Source of the DNA: Clostridiales bacterium
GTDB lineage: Bacteria; Bacillota; Clostridia; Christensenellales; Borkfalkiaceae
NCBI GenBank assembly: GCA_022508285.1
Contig: JAFLVN010000007.1
Location: forward strand, 999 to 64,998
Direction: 5' to 3'
Length of the DNA: 64,000 nt
Shown: positions 50,027-58,726 of the stretch, piece after piece
How positions within the stretch are numbered: position 1 is the first letter of the stretch
How the letters are laid out: every line of letters begins with the position of its first letter
Notes under the pieces: generated by a model
Told to the model about the DNA's origin: nothing
The model's input: only the letters and a program-made list of their open reading frames with translations
Databases searched by the model: none
Position numbers and translations under genes: made by a program

Positions 50027-50053
50027 CGCTCTATCCAGTTGAGCTAACAGTGC
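50027..50053 (-). pseudogene. Orphan copy of the 5' 27 nt of tRNA-Arg (decayed or rearranged tRNA copy)
   Basis: Identical to 49827-49853 (acceptor 5' strand plus D arm), exactly 200 nt upstream. It is followed by non-tRNA sequence containing ACGGTGCGC and, at 49889-49907, an anticodon-arm-like 19-mer with one mismatch (ACG to GCG). Confidence 0.7.
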
Positions 50054-50160
50054 AAATATAAATGTCCGCCGTTTCAAACAGCGAACATATTATATAAAAT
50101 ATATTTTTCTTTGTCAATCAAATATAATATTATCCGAAAAATTTTTTGCGGCGCCAAAAG

Positions 50161-51066
50161 TTACTTTTTGTCGTCAAATTCGGTATCGTTATCCTGAGCT
50201 TCAGTATAGCCGCTTGAACCTATAAACGACTTATCCGCGTCTATCATAACCCGCTTTATAAGCCCCTTGTTTATAAGTGCAAGGTCGCTGTTGTTGGGCT
50301 CGTAGTAGTCCACGGGCTGGATTTTGAGCTTTTTGCTGCCGAGTTTTTTGCACACTTCGTCAATAAGTTCCTGCGCATACTTTATGCGCCTTTCGCTCTT
50401 GAGCTTATAAAGTGCGGGAGTATCGGCAAACTGCGAAACATCTGAAACGTCCTCAATCTTATACTTCGAATCGGCATAATCAGCGGCGTTGAGCGGCAGA
50501 TACAGATATAATGTTTTGCCCTTTATAAAGAGCTTGGCAACGGCGGTTCCCTTATAGGAAAAGCTTTCGTACTTCCAGCTTATACGTGAGGTTACCTTGT
50601 CGTGAGCTAGTATTGAATTCTTTATTATGCCGTACCAATCTTTCACTTCGTCATCCGACTGAATAAGTCTTGCTCGGAAGCTACGGTCGTAACGCATTGA
50701 GTTTTGAGAATTTTCTTCAGTAAAAGACATTTTTGCCGCCGCTTCTGCTGCCTCGGCTGCGGCGATTTCACCCATTACGGTAGGAACTTCGTCGTATTCC
50801 TCTTCTTCGGCAAAAACTTCTTCAGCGGGGACGTAGCTTGCAGGAACCTCCGCCTCTTGAAGCACCTCGATCCTCTTGGTCTGATAAATTATAACTGGCG
50901 TTTCGCACTTCTGCCGGTAGAGCTTTTCTGCCGATTTAGTGCGCTTTTTGGAAAGCGCAAACATAATAATGCTGACTATAAAAAGCGTAAGGCATAGAGC
51001 CGACACACACGCTAAAACGGCAATTTGCACCGTCGTGAACGCCGCCAGCATAGAAATTTTTAACAT
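50161..51066 (-). CDS. N-terminally TM-anchored acidic protein (paralog of the core of 57352..58614), unknown function
   Basis: 301 aa with a TM helix, then an Ala/Glu-rich linker. The conserved core RYDRSFRARLIQSDDEVKDWY...RISWKYESF...LYLYLPLNAADYADSKYK...YKLKSERRIKYAQELIDEV aligns with the 57352 protein. GGAGAAG SD site, 29 nt after the upstream gene. Confidence 0.7.
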   Translation of the reverse strand: MLKISMLAAFTTVQIAVLACVSALCLTLFIVSIIMFALSKKRTKSAEKLYRQKCETPVIIYQTKRIEVLQEAEVPASYVPAEEVFAEEEEYDEVPTVMGEIAAAEAAEAAAKMSFTEENSQNSMRYDRSFRARLIQSDDEVKDWYGIIKNSILAHDKVTSRISWKYESFSYKGTAVAKLFIKGKTLYLYLPLNAADYADSKYKIEDVSDVSQFADTPALYKLKSERRIKYAQELIDEVCKKLGSKKLKIQPVDYYEPNNSDLALINKGLIKRVMIDADKSFIGSSGYTEAQDNDTEFDDKK

Positions 51067-51095
51067 AACTTCTCCATGAAATGCAGTTTAACTGC

Positions 51096-52376
51096 TTATT
51101 TTATATTTTTAATCATTATACGGATTATTTCTTCGTCCGTGCTGCGCATACCGATACGAGCCATATCCGAAACGTTTTCAATTGTATTTTCTACGGTCTC
51201 GCCCATAATTCCGTCGCCAAAGGCGAAATGCGAACCGCCAAGGCTCATCTCCATAGCCAAAAGTCCTGCACCCACAGACGAGGCAATTTTTGTCGCACAG
51301 CTCGACTTTGCGCCGTCGCATACTATACCCGAGTTGATTGCCAGCGCATTATCAAGCGTTGCGGAAATTTGCTCAAGATTACCGCCACGAAGGTAGCATA
51401 TGGCGGCTCCCGCACCGCAACCTGCGCTGACTGCGCCGCAGTATGCCGAAAGTCTGCCGATACCTGTCTTTAAATGTATAGTTATAAGGTCGGAGAGCAC
51501 AACGGCACGCAGAAGCTTTTCGTACGAAACTCCCAAATGTTTTGCAAACACGACAACGGGAAGGGACGCCGTCATGCCCTGATTGCCGCTGCCCGAAACG
51601 ATTACCACGGGCAGAGGGCAGCCGTTCATTCTCGCATCCGAACCTGCCGCCGGTGTCGCCTTGGCAAGGCTATACACGTCGCTTCCGAAAGCCTTTAATA
51701 TAGTTTTGCCTATGCGTGCGCCGTAGTCGTTTTTAAGACCCTCTTCGGCTATTGCCGTGTTGTAGTTAATCTGCCTTTCAATGAGCTCTTTTACGTCGTC
51801 AAGGTTACAGTGCTCGGCAAAATCAAGGATTCTTTCCACGGAAAGCAGACTCCTGTCCGCACCCGAAGGGGCAGTCTGCTCGCCCGATATTTCTTTTGAA
51901 AGGATATCCTTTTTGTCCTTTCTGACGAGCACAACGTTGGTGTGATGACCGACGATGCGCACGGTTGCGCTGTGCTTTGCTTTAATTACGGTGATGGCAA
52001 TATCGAAAATGCAGTCAGAGCGGGACTTGGAAACCTCGAACTCGGTGTTCTTTATGTATTCCTTAATCTTAGCGATATCCTCTGCGGTGACTTTAGAAAT
52101 GACTTCGAGCTTAAGCTCGTCGTTGCCTGCCACAATGCCTGCGGCGGCGGCGGAAATTACGCCTTTAAGTCCGCCCGTGCCGGGCACAACCACGCCCTTG
52201 ACGTTCTTTAAAATGTTGCCGCTGACGGAAATCTCAACACGGCCGGGGATTTCACCCAAAGTACGGCGAGCCATAGCCGCAGCGTATGCCACTGCGATAG
52301 GCTCGGTGCAGCCCATTGCGGGCAGCAGTTCTTCCTGCAAAACTGTTACACAACTTTTGTATATTAACTCATTCAT
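51096..52376 (-). CDS. UPF0597 / serine-dehydratase-alpha-like protein (YhaM-type L-cysteine desulfidase family)
   Basis: LPAMGCTEPIAVAYAAA near the N-terminus and the GSGNQG motif. 426 aa. Confidence 0.75.
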   Translation of the reverse strand: MNELIYKSCVTVLQEELLPAMGCTEPIAVAYAAAMARRTLGEIPGRVEISVSGNILKNVKGVVVPGTGGLKGVISAAAAGIVAGNDELKLEVISKVTAEDIAKIKEYIKNTEFEVSKSRSDCIFDIAITVIKAKHSATVRIVGHHTNVVLVRKDKKDILSKEISGEQTAPSGADRSLLSVERILDFAEHCNLDDVKELIERQINYNTAIAEEGLKNDYGARIGKTILKAFGSDVYSLAKATPAAGSDARMNGCPLPVVIVSGSGNQGMTASLPVVVFAKHLGVSYEKLLRAVVLSDLITIHLKTGIGRLSAYCGAVSAGCGAGAAICYLRGGNLEQISATLDNALAINSGIVCDGAKSSCATKIASSVGAGLLAMEMSLGGSHFAFGDGIMGETVENTIENVSDMARIGMRSTDEEIIRIMIKNIK

Positions 52377-52382
52377 AGTTTT

Positions 52383-52447
52383 AGGATAACCGTTTTACGG
52401 TTATTTGTCAAGGCATTTTATCATTTGAAAGTTGTTTAACATATAAT
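52383..52447. promoter_or_regulatory. Back-to-back divergent promoters, both placed for leaderless transcripts, plus a 7-5-7 palindrome
   Basis: Reverse strand: TTGACA (52406-52411), 17 nt, TATCCT (52383-52388), 6 nt, ATG at 52376. Forward strand: TTATCA (52418-52423), 18 nt, TATAAT (52442-52447), 6 nt, ATG at 52454. Palindrome ATAACCG-tttta-CGGTTAT at 52386-52404. Confidence 0.5.
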
Positions 52448-52453
52448 GACAAT

Positions 52454-52942
52454 ATGATTGAAACAGCTTATAACCGCGAAAACGCCGTTGCATACGCAAA
52501 AAAATGGGCGTTCGGCAGAAACCCCGCATACTATAACTTTAACTTAATTGGCGGCGACTGTACCAACTTTGCCTCGCAATGCATATATGCGGGGGCGGAA
52601 GTTATGAACTTCACCCCCGTTACGGGGTGGTACTACAGGTCTGTAAACGACCGCTCACCCTCTTGGACGGGCGTGGAATATCTTTATAACTTCCTTACGG
52701 CAAACGAGGGCGTAGGGCCGTTTGCGAAGGAAGCTCCCCTATCCGAGCTTGAGCCGGGCGACATTGTTCAGCTTGGCACAAGCACAGGGGATTACTATCA
52801 TTCCCCAGTTGTAGTAGCCATAAGAAACGGTATGATTTTCGTTGCGGCGCACACCAACGACGCCTTTAACCGTCCGCTGTCCTCCTATAATTTTGCTAAG
52901 GCTCGGGGAATACATATACTCGGAGTCAGAAAGGAAGAATAA
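52454..52942 (+). CDS. Putative amidase-domain protein (Amidase_6-like)
   Basis: YNRENAVAYAKKWA...GGDCTNFASQCIYAGA...GDIVQL...YHSPVV matches the putative amidase domain pattern as I remember it. Confidence 0.65.
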   Translation: MIETAYNRENAVAYAKKWAFGRNPAYYNFNLIGGDCTNFASQCIYAGAEVMNFTPVTGWYYRSVNDRSPSWTGVEYLYNFLTANEGVGPFAKEAPLSELEPGDIVQLGTSTGDYYHSPVVVAIRNGMIFVAAHTNDAFNRPLSSYNFAKARGIHILGVRKEE

Positions 52943-52975
52943 TTTTGTTAATTTAATTGTTAAAAAGGGTGGCAG

Positions 52976-54778
52976 CTACCACCCTTTTTTAATCTGCTCT
53001 TCTTTGAACTGCTCCATGTACAGTTTGAAATACCTTCCCCTCGCCTTTAAAAGCTCCTCGTGCGTGCCCCGTTCAACGATTTTGCCGCCGTCTACAACAA
53101 GTATTATATCCGCCGTGCGCACGGTAGACAACCTGTGCGCAATCACAAAGCACGTTCTGCCCCTCATAAGCGTTTCTATTGCGTCCTGTATAAGTTTCTC
53201 GGTTATTGTATCGACAGAGGCGGTCGCCTCGTCCAGAATAAATATCGCAGGGTCGGCAAGAATTGCCCGTGCAAAGGATAAAAGCTGTTTTTCTCCCGCA
53301 GAAAGGGTGTTGCCGCCCTCGCCTATCACCGAGTCGTAGCCGTCCTCCAACCGCTCTATTATCCTGCGGGCGTTCACGCTGTCGATTGCCCTGTCGAGCT
53401 CCTCCTCCGTTGCGTCCTGCTTTCCGTACAAAAGATTTTCCCGCACCGTGCCCGAAAACAGGTGTGGAGTCTGTAAAACGTAACCTATGTTGGAGTGAAG
53501 CCACTGCACCGAACGCTCCCTTGCGTCCTTTCCGTCAATAAGAATTCTACCCTCGGTCGGCTCGAAAAATCTGCACACGAGGTTTACAAGGGTGGACTTG
53601 CCCGCTCCCGTTTCGCCGACGATTGCAACGTTGCTGCCCTTTTTAACCTTTAAATTAAAGTGCTCTAAAACGTTACCGCCGCCGTCGGGATATCTGAACG
53701 TTACGTCGTCGAACTCCACGTCGCCCTCTAACTTTTCCCAGTTTTCACGCTTTTCTATGAAGGCGTCGCCGTACTTTTCAATCACTTCGGGCGAGTCCTT
53801 CACGTCGCTTTCCGTCTCCAAGAGTGACGAAAACCGCTCGACGTTGACTTTCAGAGTTATCATATCGGCAACCGAGTCCACAATCCACTGCACTGGCTCC
53901 ATAAGCCCCTGTGCGTAGTTCATAAATACGGAAAGCGTGCCTATCATTATCACGCCCTCTACGGTGATTACGCCGCCGTACCACAGCACGAGCGCAAGCG
54001 CAGCGGACGAGGCAAAGGTGATAATATCCACAAAAATTGCACGGGTTCTGCCCAGTTTTTTTGACTGGTTGCGCATTTCGGACGTATGACCGAAAAACTC
54101 ATCGTCTAACTTTTGCTCTATGGCGAGAGTTTTGCCCGTCTCCACGCCCGTAATCCCCTCGTTGAAGCCTGCGGTGATTGAGGCGTTAATCTCTCTCACC
54201 CGTCTGTTCAGGCAGGTCATTCTTCTGTTGAAAATTGCCGAGACCACGGCAACCAGTGGAATTACGACTATTACGCACAGCGCAAGCAGAGGGTTGAGTA
54301 TAAGCATAACCGTGACTGCGCCGATAACGTATACGGTGTGCCACACTCCCTGATATATCACCCAGGACATAATTGTGGATATATTGCCCGTGTCGCTCAT
54401 CAGTCTTGCGTGAACTGTGCCGACGCTGTTCGTGTTGAAGTAGGAAACGGATAGAGTTTGCAGGTGGTTGAAGCCCGCCGTACGCATATCCCGCAGAATA
54501 AACATTTCTATGCGGCAACAGTTGAACGAAGCCATGTAATCTAAAAGCATAGAAATGAGAATAACCCCCACATATAGCGCAACGAACGGCGCAAAGCCTT
54601 TGAGCGTTTGCCCTGCGATGAACGTATCTATGGCGTATCGCTGAAAGAGGGGAATTATTATATCTATCGCACCTACGATAAGCACGCCGACCGACATTGT
54701 GAGAAACAGCATCTTGTACGGCTTTAAAAAGGGTGAAAGTTTTTTAAGCCCGAAAAATTTCAGCTTATTGTCCTTCAT
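52976..54778 (-). CDS. ABC exporter, fused permease and ATP-binding subunit (second half of a heterodimeric pair)
   Basis: Six-TM domain, then Walker A GETGAGKST, signature LSAGEKQLLSFARA and Walker B IFILDEATA. Confidence 0.9.
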   Translation of the reverse strand: MKDNKLKFFGLKKLSPFLKPYKMLFLTMSVGVLIVGAIDIIIPLFQRYAIDTFIAGQTLKGFAPFVALYVGVILISMLLDYMASFNCCRIEMFILRDMRTAGFNHLQTLSVSYFNTNSVGTVHARLMSDTGNISTIMSWVIYQGVWHTVYVIGAVTVMLILNPLLALCVIVVIPLVAVVSAIFNRRMTCLNRRVREINASITAGFNEGITGVETGKTLAIEQKLDDEFFGHTSEMRNQSKKLGRTRAIFVDIITFASSAALALVLWYGGVITVEGVIMIGTLSVFMNYAQGLMEPVQWIVDSVADMITLKVNVERFSSLLETESDVKDSPEVIEKYGDAFIEKRENWEKLEGDVEFDDVTFRYPDGGGNVLEHFNLKVKKGSNVAIVGETGAGKSTLVNLVCRFFEPTEGRILIDGKDARERSVQWLHSNIGYVLQTPHLFSGTVRENLLYGKQDATEEELDRAIDSVNARRIIERLEDGYDSVIGEGGNTLSAGEKQLLSFARAILADPAIFILDEATASVDTITEKLIQDAIETLMRGRTCFVIAHRLSTVRTADIILVVDGGKIVERGTHEELLKARGRYFKLYMEQFKEEQIKKGW

Positions 54779-56587
54779 TTTCCACCCCCTTCAGTTCGTC
54801 GGGCAGGCTCATCTGCATATCGTAGATGCGCTTATATGTGGCGTTTTTTGCAAGCAACTGCTCGTTTGTGCCGCTCTCGGCAATCTCTCCGTCCTCCATA
54901 ACTATGATATTATCGGCGTGCATAACCGTGGTCACACGGTGGGAAATTATAATAACCGTTGCGCCGTCCCATTCCTTTGAAAGATTTTTGCGGATTGCCG
55001 CATCCGTGTCGCTGTCAACAGCCGAAAGCGAGTCGTCGAATATGAGATACGGCGTGCCCCGCATGAGAGTACGGGCGATGGAAACACGCTGTTTCTGCCC
55101 GCCCGAAAGGGTGACGCCCCGCTCGCCGACTACAGTGTCGTAACCGTGTTCAAAGCCGCATATATTGGCGTCTACGCAGGCAACCTGCGCCACATGACGG
55201 ATTGCGGCGGGCTCTGCACTGTCGGCGGCCACGGCTATATTTTCGCCCACCGTCCTTGAATACAGATAGCCTTCCTGCAACACCAGTCCGATATTTTTGC
55301 GCAGCGTTCTAAGGGAGATATCCTCAATATTCCTGCCGCCGATATAAATTTTTCCGCAGTCGGGCGCGTACAGCCCGTCAAGAAGATATGTAAGCGTGGA
55401 TTTACCGCTACCCGTGCCGCCGATTATGCCTAAAGTTGTGCCCTTGGGCACGGTCAGGTTTATGTTCTTTAAAACGGGCTTGCCCTGCTCGTAAGAAAAC
55501 CTCACGTTTTCAAACACTATATCGCCCGAAAGCCTGCCCTCGTCCTCGCCGTATTCCTCGGGCACACCGTTCATAATTTCGCCTATGCGCTCGAGAGATA
55601 CTTCGGCTTTAGACATATTTGAAACTATTCTGCCGAGCTGCCTTACGGGTCCTATCAGCATTGCGTTATATGAGATAAACGCCACGAACTGCCCCTCTGA
55701 AAGATTGCCCTTTATGCAGAAAACAGTGCCAACGGCGATAATGAGAAGCAGCTGCAGCGCCGTTAAAAATTCGCTTGACACCCAGTACATTGCAAGGAAA
55801 CGCTCCAGCTTTACCCACAGCCCTGTATAATAGGTGTTCTGGTTGTTGAATTTTCCCGCTCGTAACGCTCTCTGCCGAAAGCTCTGACCACCCTCGCTCC
55901 CGTTAGATTTTCCTGCGCTATGGTGGAGAGCACGCCCTCCTGCTCGTCGCACTTACGGAACTTTTTGCCCGCACGGGAGTAGAATATGAGCGAATATCCC
56001 ACAACGAGCGGCACGAACACGGCGGCAATCAGCGCAAGCTGCCAGTGCATTAAAAACATAAACACGATAGACAGCACGATGAGCGCAACAATGCGTATGA
56101 GCTGCATCATCTGATTGGAAATGAAATTCAATATGGTCTGAGTATCCGAAGTGCAGCGCTGAATTATATCGCCCGTGCGGTGCACGGTATGCCAGGAGAG
56201 CGGCAAGCGCTGTATGCGTGAAAACAGCTCGCCCCGCATACGCTGCATAAGCTTTTCGTTGGCGCAGACGTTGGTATAGCTGTGTATATAGCGGAATACA
56301 GCCATGCCAGCCGCAAGCAATAGAACGGCGACTGCAATCATCCAAATATTCTGTTTTAACGCCTCAACACCGCCCACCGCATTCACGATGGCGGCAAAAC
56401 TGCCGTTCACGGGGTCGTCGCCTATCACGCTGTCTATCGCCACCCCTATAACCTGCGGAATAAGCACGGTAAAGAGCATAACGATAAGATTGCAGGCAAC
56501 GCTTGCAATATACAGCACAATACTGCCTTTTAAAAAGTGCGCTAAAAGTTTGCGCCAAGATAAATTTTTATAAGCGGGACTTGTCAT
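54765..56587 (-). pseudogene. ABC exporter permease/ATPase gene interrupted by a single-base frameshift
   Basis: ORF 55811..56587 carries the TM domain up to RAFGRERYERE. ORF 54765..55952 continues in the -1 frame with KFNNQNTYYTGLWVKL... through Walker A GGTGSGKST, LSGGQKQRVSIAR and LIFDDSLSA. The frames meet at a 4-T run at 55851-55854 (A4 on the coding strand), where one extra A would restore one ~600-aa protein. Confidence 0.75.
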
Positions 56588-56659
56588 TGCCTATTTATTA
56601 TATCACCGAGCGGCGTACGCTTGCAATCTTTTTGCAAGAACAGAGCCGTATTCTCTTAA

Positions 56660-56692
56660 ACTTAAAAGGCTCTGCCGTCTGGCAGAGCCTTT
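56660..56692 (-). terminator. Intrinsic terminator of the radical SAM gene
   Basis: AAGGCTCTGCC-agac-GGCAGAGCCTTTTAAGTTT on the reverse strand. Confidence 0.65.
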
Positions 56693-56703
56693 ATCTTATT
56701 ACC

Positions 56704-57294
56704 TTATCCTATAAACTCACGCACACGCAAGGGAATACCTATGCCCTCGGCAATTTTGCGGCATCCTTCCAATTTCTCCTCGCCGATACAGTCAACCACC
56801 GAAAACCAGCAATTCACTCCCGCCTCTTTGCAGTCTTTGGCAAACTGAAGCAACCCTTCAAAGGCAATATCGATACGGGGTCGGCAAACCTCGTTGTAAC
56901 TTCCTGCGTCGGGGGAATTGAGCGAAATATTCACACCGTCCAGCTTGCCTGCAAGCTTGGGCGCGATATTTTCTTCGTTAATAAGACTGCCGTGGCCGTT
57001 TGTGTTCAGCCTCGTTTTGCCGCCGTGGGCGTGAACAAAGTCGCAGATTTCTAGCATTGCCTCCAGCCTATAAGTAGGCTCGCCGTAACCGCAAAACACT
57101 ATTTCATTGTACTCGGCAGGATTGCCGATCTCTTCGATAACCTGCTCTGCGCTCGGCTCGCCTTCTTTCAGCCAAAGGTAATTTCCTTCGTATTCGGCGC
57201 TTTGGTCACGCACGCAAAAAGTGCAACGGTTGGAGCATCTGTTGGTGAGATTGATATATAAATTGTCTCCGATTTTATATGTATAGGTTTCCAT
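56704..57294 (-). CDS. Small radical SAM protein (resembles the TatD-associated rSAM family)
   Basis: 196 aa. LYINLTNRCSNRCTFCVR (CxxxCxxC), FCGYGEPTYRL, TRLNTNGHG. The family assignment is from memory. Confidence 0.65.
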   Translation of the reverse strand: METYTYKIGDNLYINLTNRCSNRCTFCVRDQSAEYEGNYLWLKEGEPSAEQVIEEIGNPAEYNEIVFCGYGEPTYRLEAMLEICDFVHAHGGKTRLNTNGHGSLINEENIAPKLAGKLDGVNISLNSPDAGSYNEVCRPRIDIAFEGLLQFAKDCKEAGVNCWFSVVDCIGEEKLEGCRKIAEGIGIPLRVREFIG

Positions 57295-57351
57295 TGAGAC
57301 TCTTTAACCCCTATCACTTTTCAGCTAATAATTAACTGAAAATTAGTTATT

Positions 57352-58614
57352 TTAAGACAGAGTTTTTATTACCTGTCCACCGGTTAGGAGTATCATTTTT
57401 TGTGCGTCAACCGAAAACTCGTCCGCCTCGACGGTAAGCCTCTTATTGAGAGTGCCACGTGCAAGCACTTTAACGTAAGTAACCTTTTTATCAAAGCCCT
57501 TAACACGCTTTTTAATTTCGTCGAGCGTGACCGTCTCGCCGCTTTCAAAGCAGTCGGAAAGCACGTCGATATTCACAATTCCCTTTTTGGTTTTATCTGC
57601 TTTGCGGTTGCTTAAAATCACGAGAGCTTGCGCATCTTCGTCGGTCATCAGCTCCTTAACTTCACTAACTTGTACTTCCGAGCGGAGCTCAATGCGCACC
57701 CTGTCTTCGGCAATCATTTCCTCGGTCTCTTCATCAAGAGTTATTTTTTTGTTGGACTGCGTAACTTTAATAAGTCCTTTCTTTATAAGCGGCAGAGTTT
57801 GCTCGTAAGGGTAGTCTTTAACGAAGTTCTTTTCGGGCTTTTCATTGCGCTCCAAACCGTATCTCTCCATAACGGTGTCTATGAGCTCTTTCGCATACTC
57901 CACACGGCGGGGATTTTTAATGCGGTACAGGCAGGGCAGTTCCTCGAACCGCTTAGCTTCCGCACGCTCCACCTTGTACTTTGTATCGGCATAATCGTCG
58001 GGATTAAGAGGCAAATACACATACAGCGATTTGCTGCGCAGAACAAACCAGCAGATTTTATCTCTGCCGCGTGTCACGCTCTCCTGCTTCCAGCTTATGC
58101 GGGTAGACACTTTATCATAACTTAAAACGTGGTTTTTGAGGGCGTTGTAATACTCCCTCACTTCGTCTTTACCCTGAATAAGCTTTGCCTTGAAAGACTT
58201 ATTATATCTTAAATAAATATATTTGCCCTCGGCAGTATGTACGACTGCTCCGCTGTCAGACTCCTGCACGTTGCCGCCTTCCATCACAGCTATCACCTGC
58301 GAATTGTCTAAGGGCGCTTCTTCTGCGACCTCTTCATTGGCAACCTCTGTTACAGGTTCGTCTTCCACTATCACTTGAGTAGCTGCTGCGGGAGCCGCCT
58401 CTTCTTCTGCCGGCGTGGTTTCGGCAGGCTCTTCCGCTACGATTTCGTTGACTTCGGCGGGTTCTTCCTCTACAACCTGATTAACCTCGGCAGGTGTTTC
58501 CTCTTCCGACTCGGTAGTTCTTTTAGGTATGGTTATGATGATCGGAGGTTCGTCTTCCTGCGGTTCTTCTTTCTTTTTTCTGAAACGCATTATGAAAGCT
58601 TTGATGAAATTCAT
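57352..58614 (-). CDS. Acidic protein with the conserved core shared with 50161..51066 and a C-terminal ribosomal uL15-like domain
   Basis: I prefer the start at MNFIKAF (GAGAGG SD site 7 nt upstream); the track start is 58629. The last ~75 aa (VNIDVLSDCFESGETVTLDEIKK...VKVLARGTLNKRLTVEADEFSVDAQKMILLTGGQV) parallel the C-terminal domain of bacterial L15. Confidence 0.7.
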   Translation of the reverse strand: MNFIKAFIMRFRKKKEEPQEDEPPIIITIPKRTTESEEETPAEVNQVVEEEPAEVNEIVAEEPAETTPAEEEAAPAAATQVIVEDEPVTEVANEEVAEEAPLDNSQVIAVMEGGNVQESDSGAVVHTAEGKYIYLRYNKSFKAKLIQGKDEVREYYNALKNHVLSYDKVSTRISWKQESVTRGRDKICWFVLRSKSLYVYLPLNPDDYADTKYKVERAEAKRFEELPCLYRIKNPRRVEYAKELIDTVMERYGLERNEKPEKNFVKDYPYEQTLPLIKKGLIKVTQSNKKITLDEETEEMIAEDRVRIELRSEVQVSEVKELMTDEDAQALVILSNRKADKTKKGIVNIDVLSDCFESGETVTLDEIKKRVKGFDKKVTYVKVLARGTLNKRLTVEADEFSVDAQKMILLTGGQVIKTLS

Positions 58615-58726
58615 TATTGTACCTCTCATGTTTAACTAAGTGCCATAAAGCAACTCATATATAATGTAACATATTTTAAGTTTTAAGTCAAGATGTTAGC
58701 CGCAAGAATGTAACTACATAAGTCTT

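Noticed and set aside
49854-50053. Possibility that the upstream tRNA fragments form an intron-containing (group I) or split second tRNA-Arg
   Set aside because: The intervening sequence is only ~120-130 nt. No T arm or matching 3' acceptor follows the anticodon-arm-like piece, and I could not fold a cloverleaf. I treat it as a decayed or rearranged copy, though a covariance-model scan should confirm this.
56704-57294. Idea that the small radical SAM protein is the queuine lyase of a salvage pathway
   Set aside because: It is separated from the riboswitch-yhhQ-SDR operon by an independently promoted gene, and it resembles the TatD-associated rSAM family from memory. Nothing in the sequence ties it to queuosine. 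It is mentioned only as a speculative aside.
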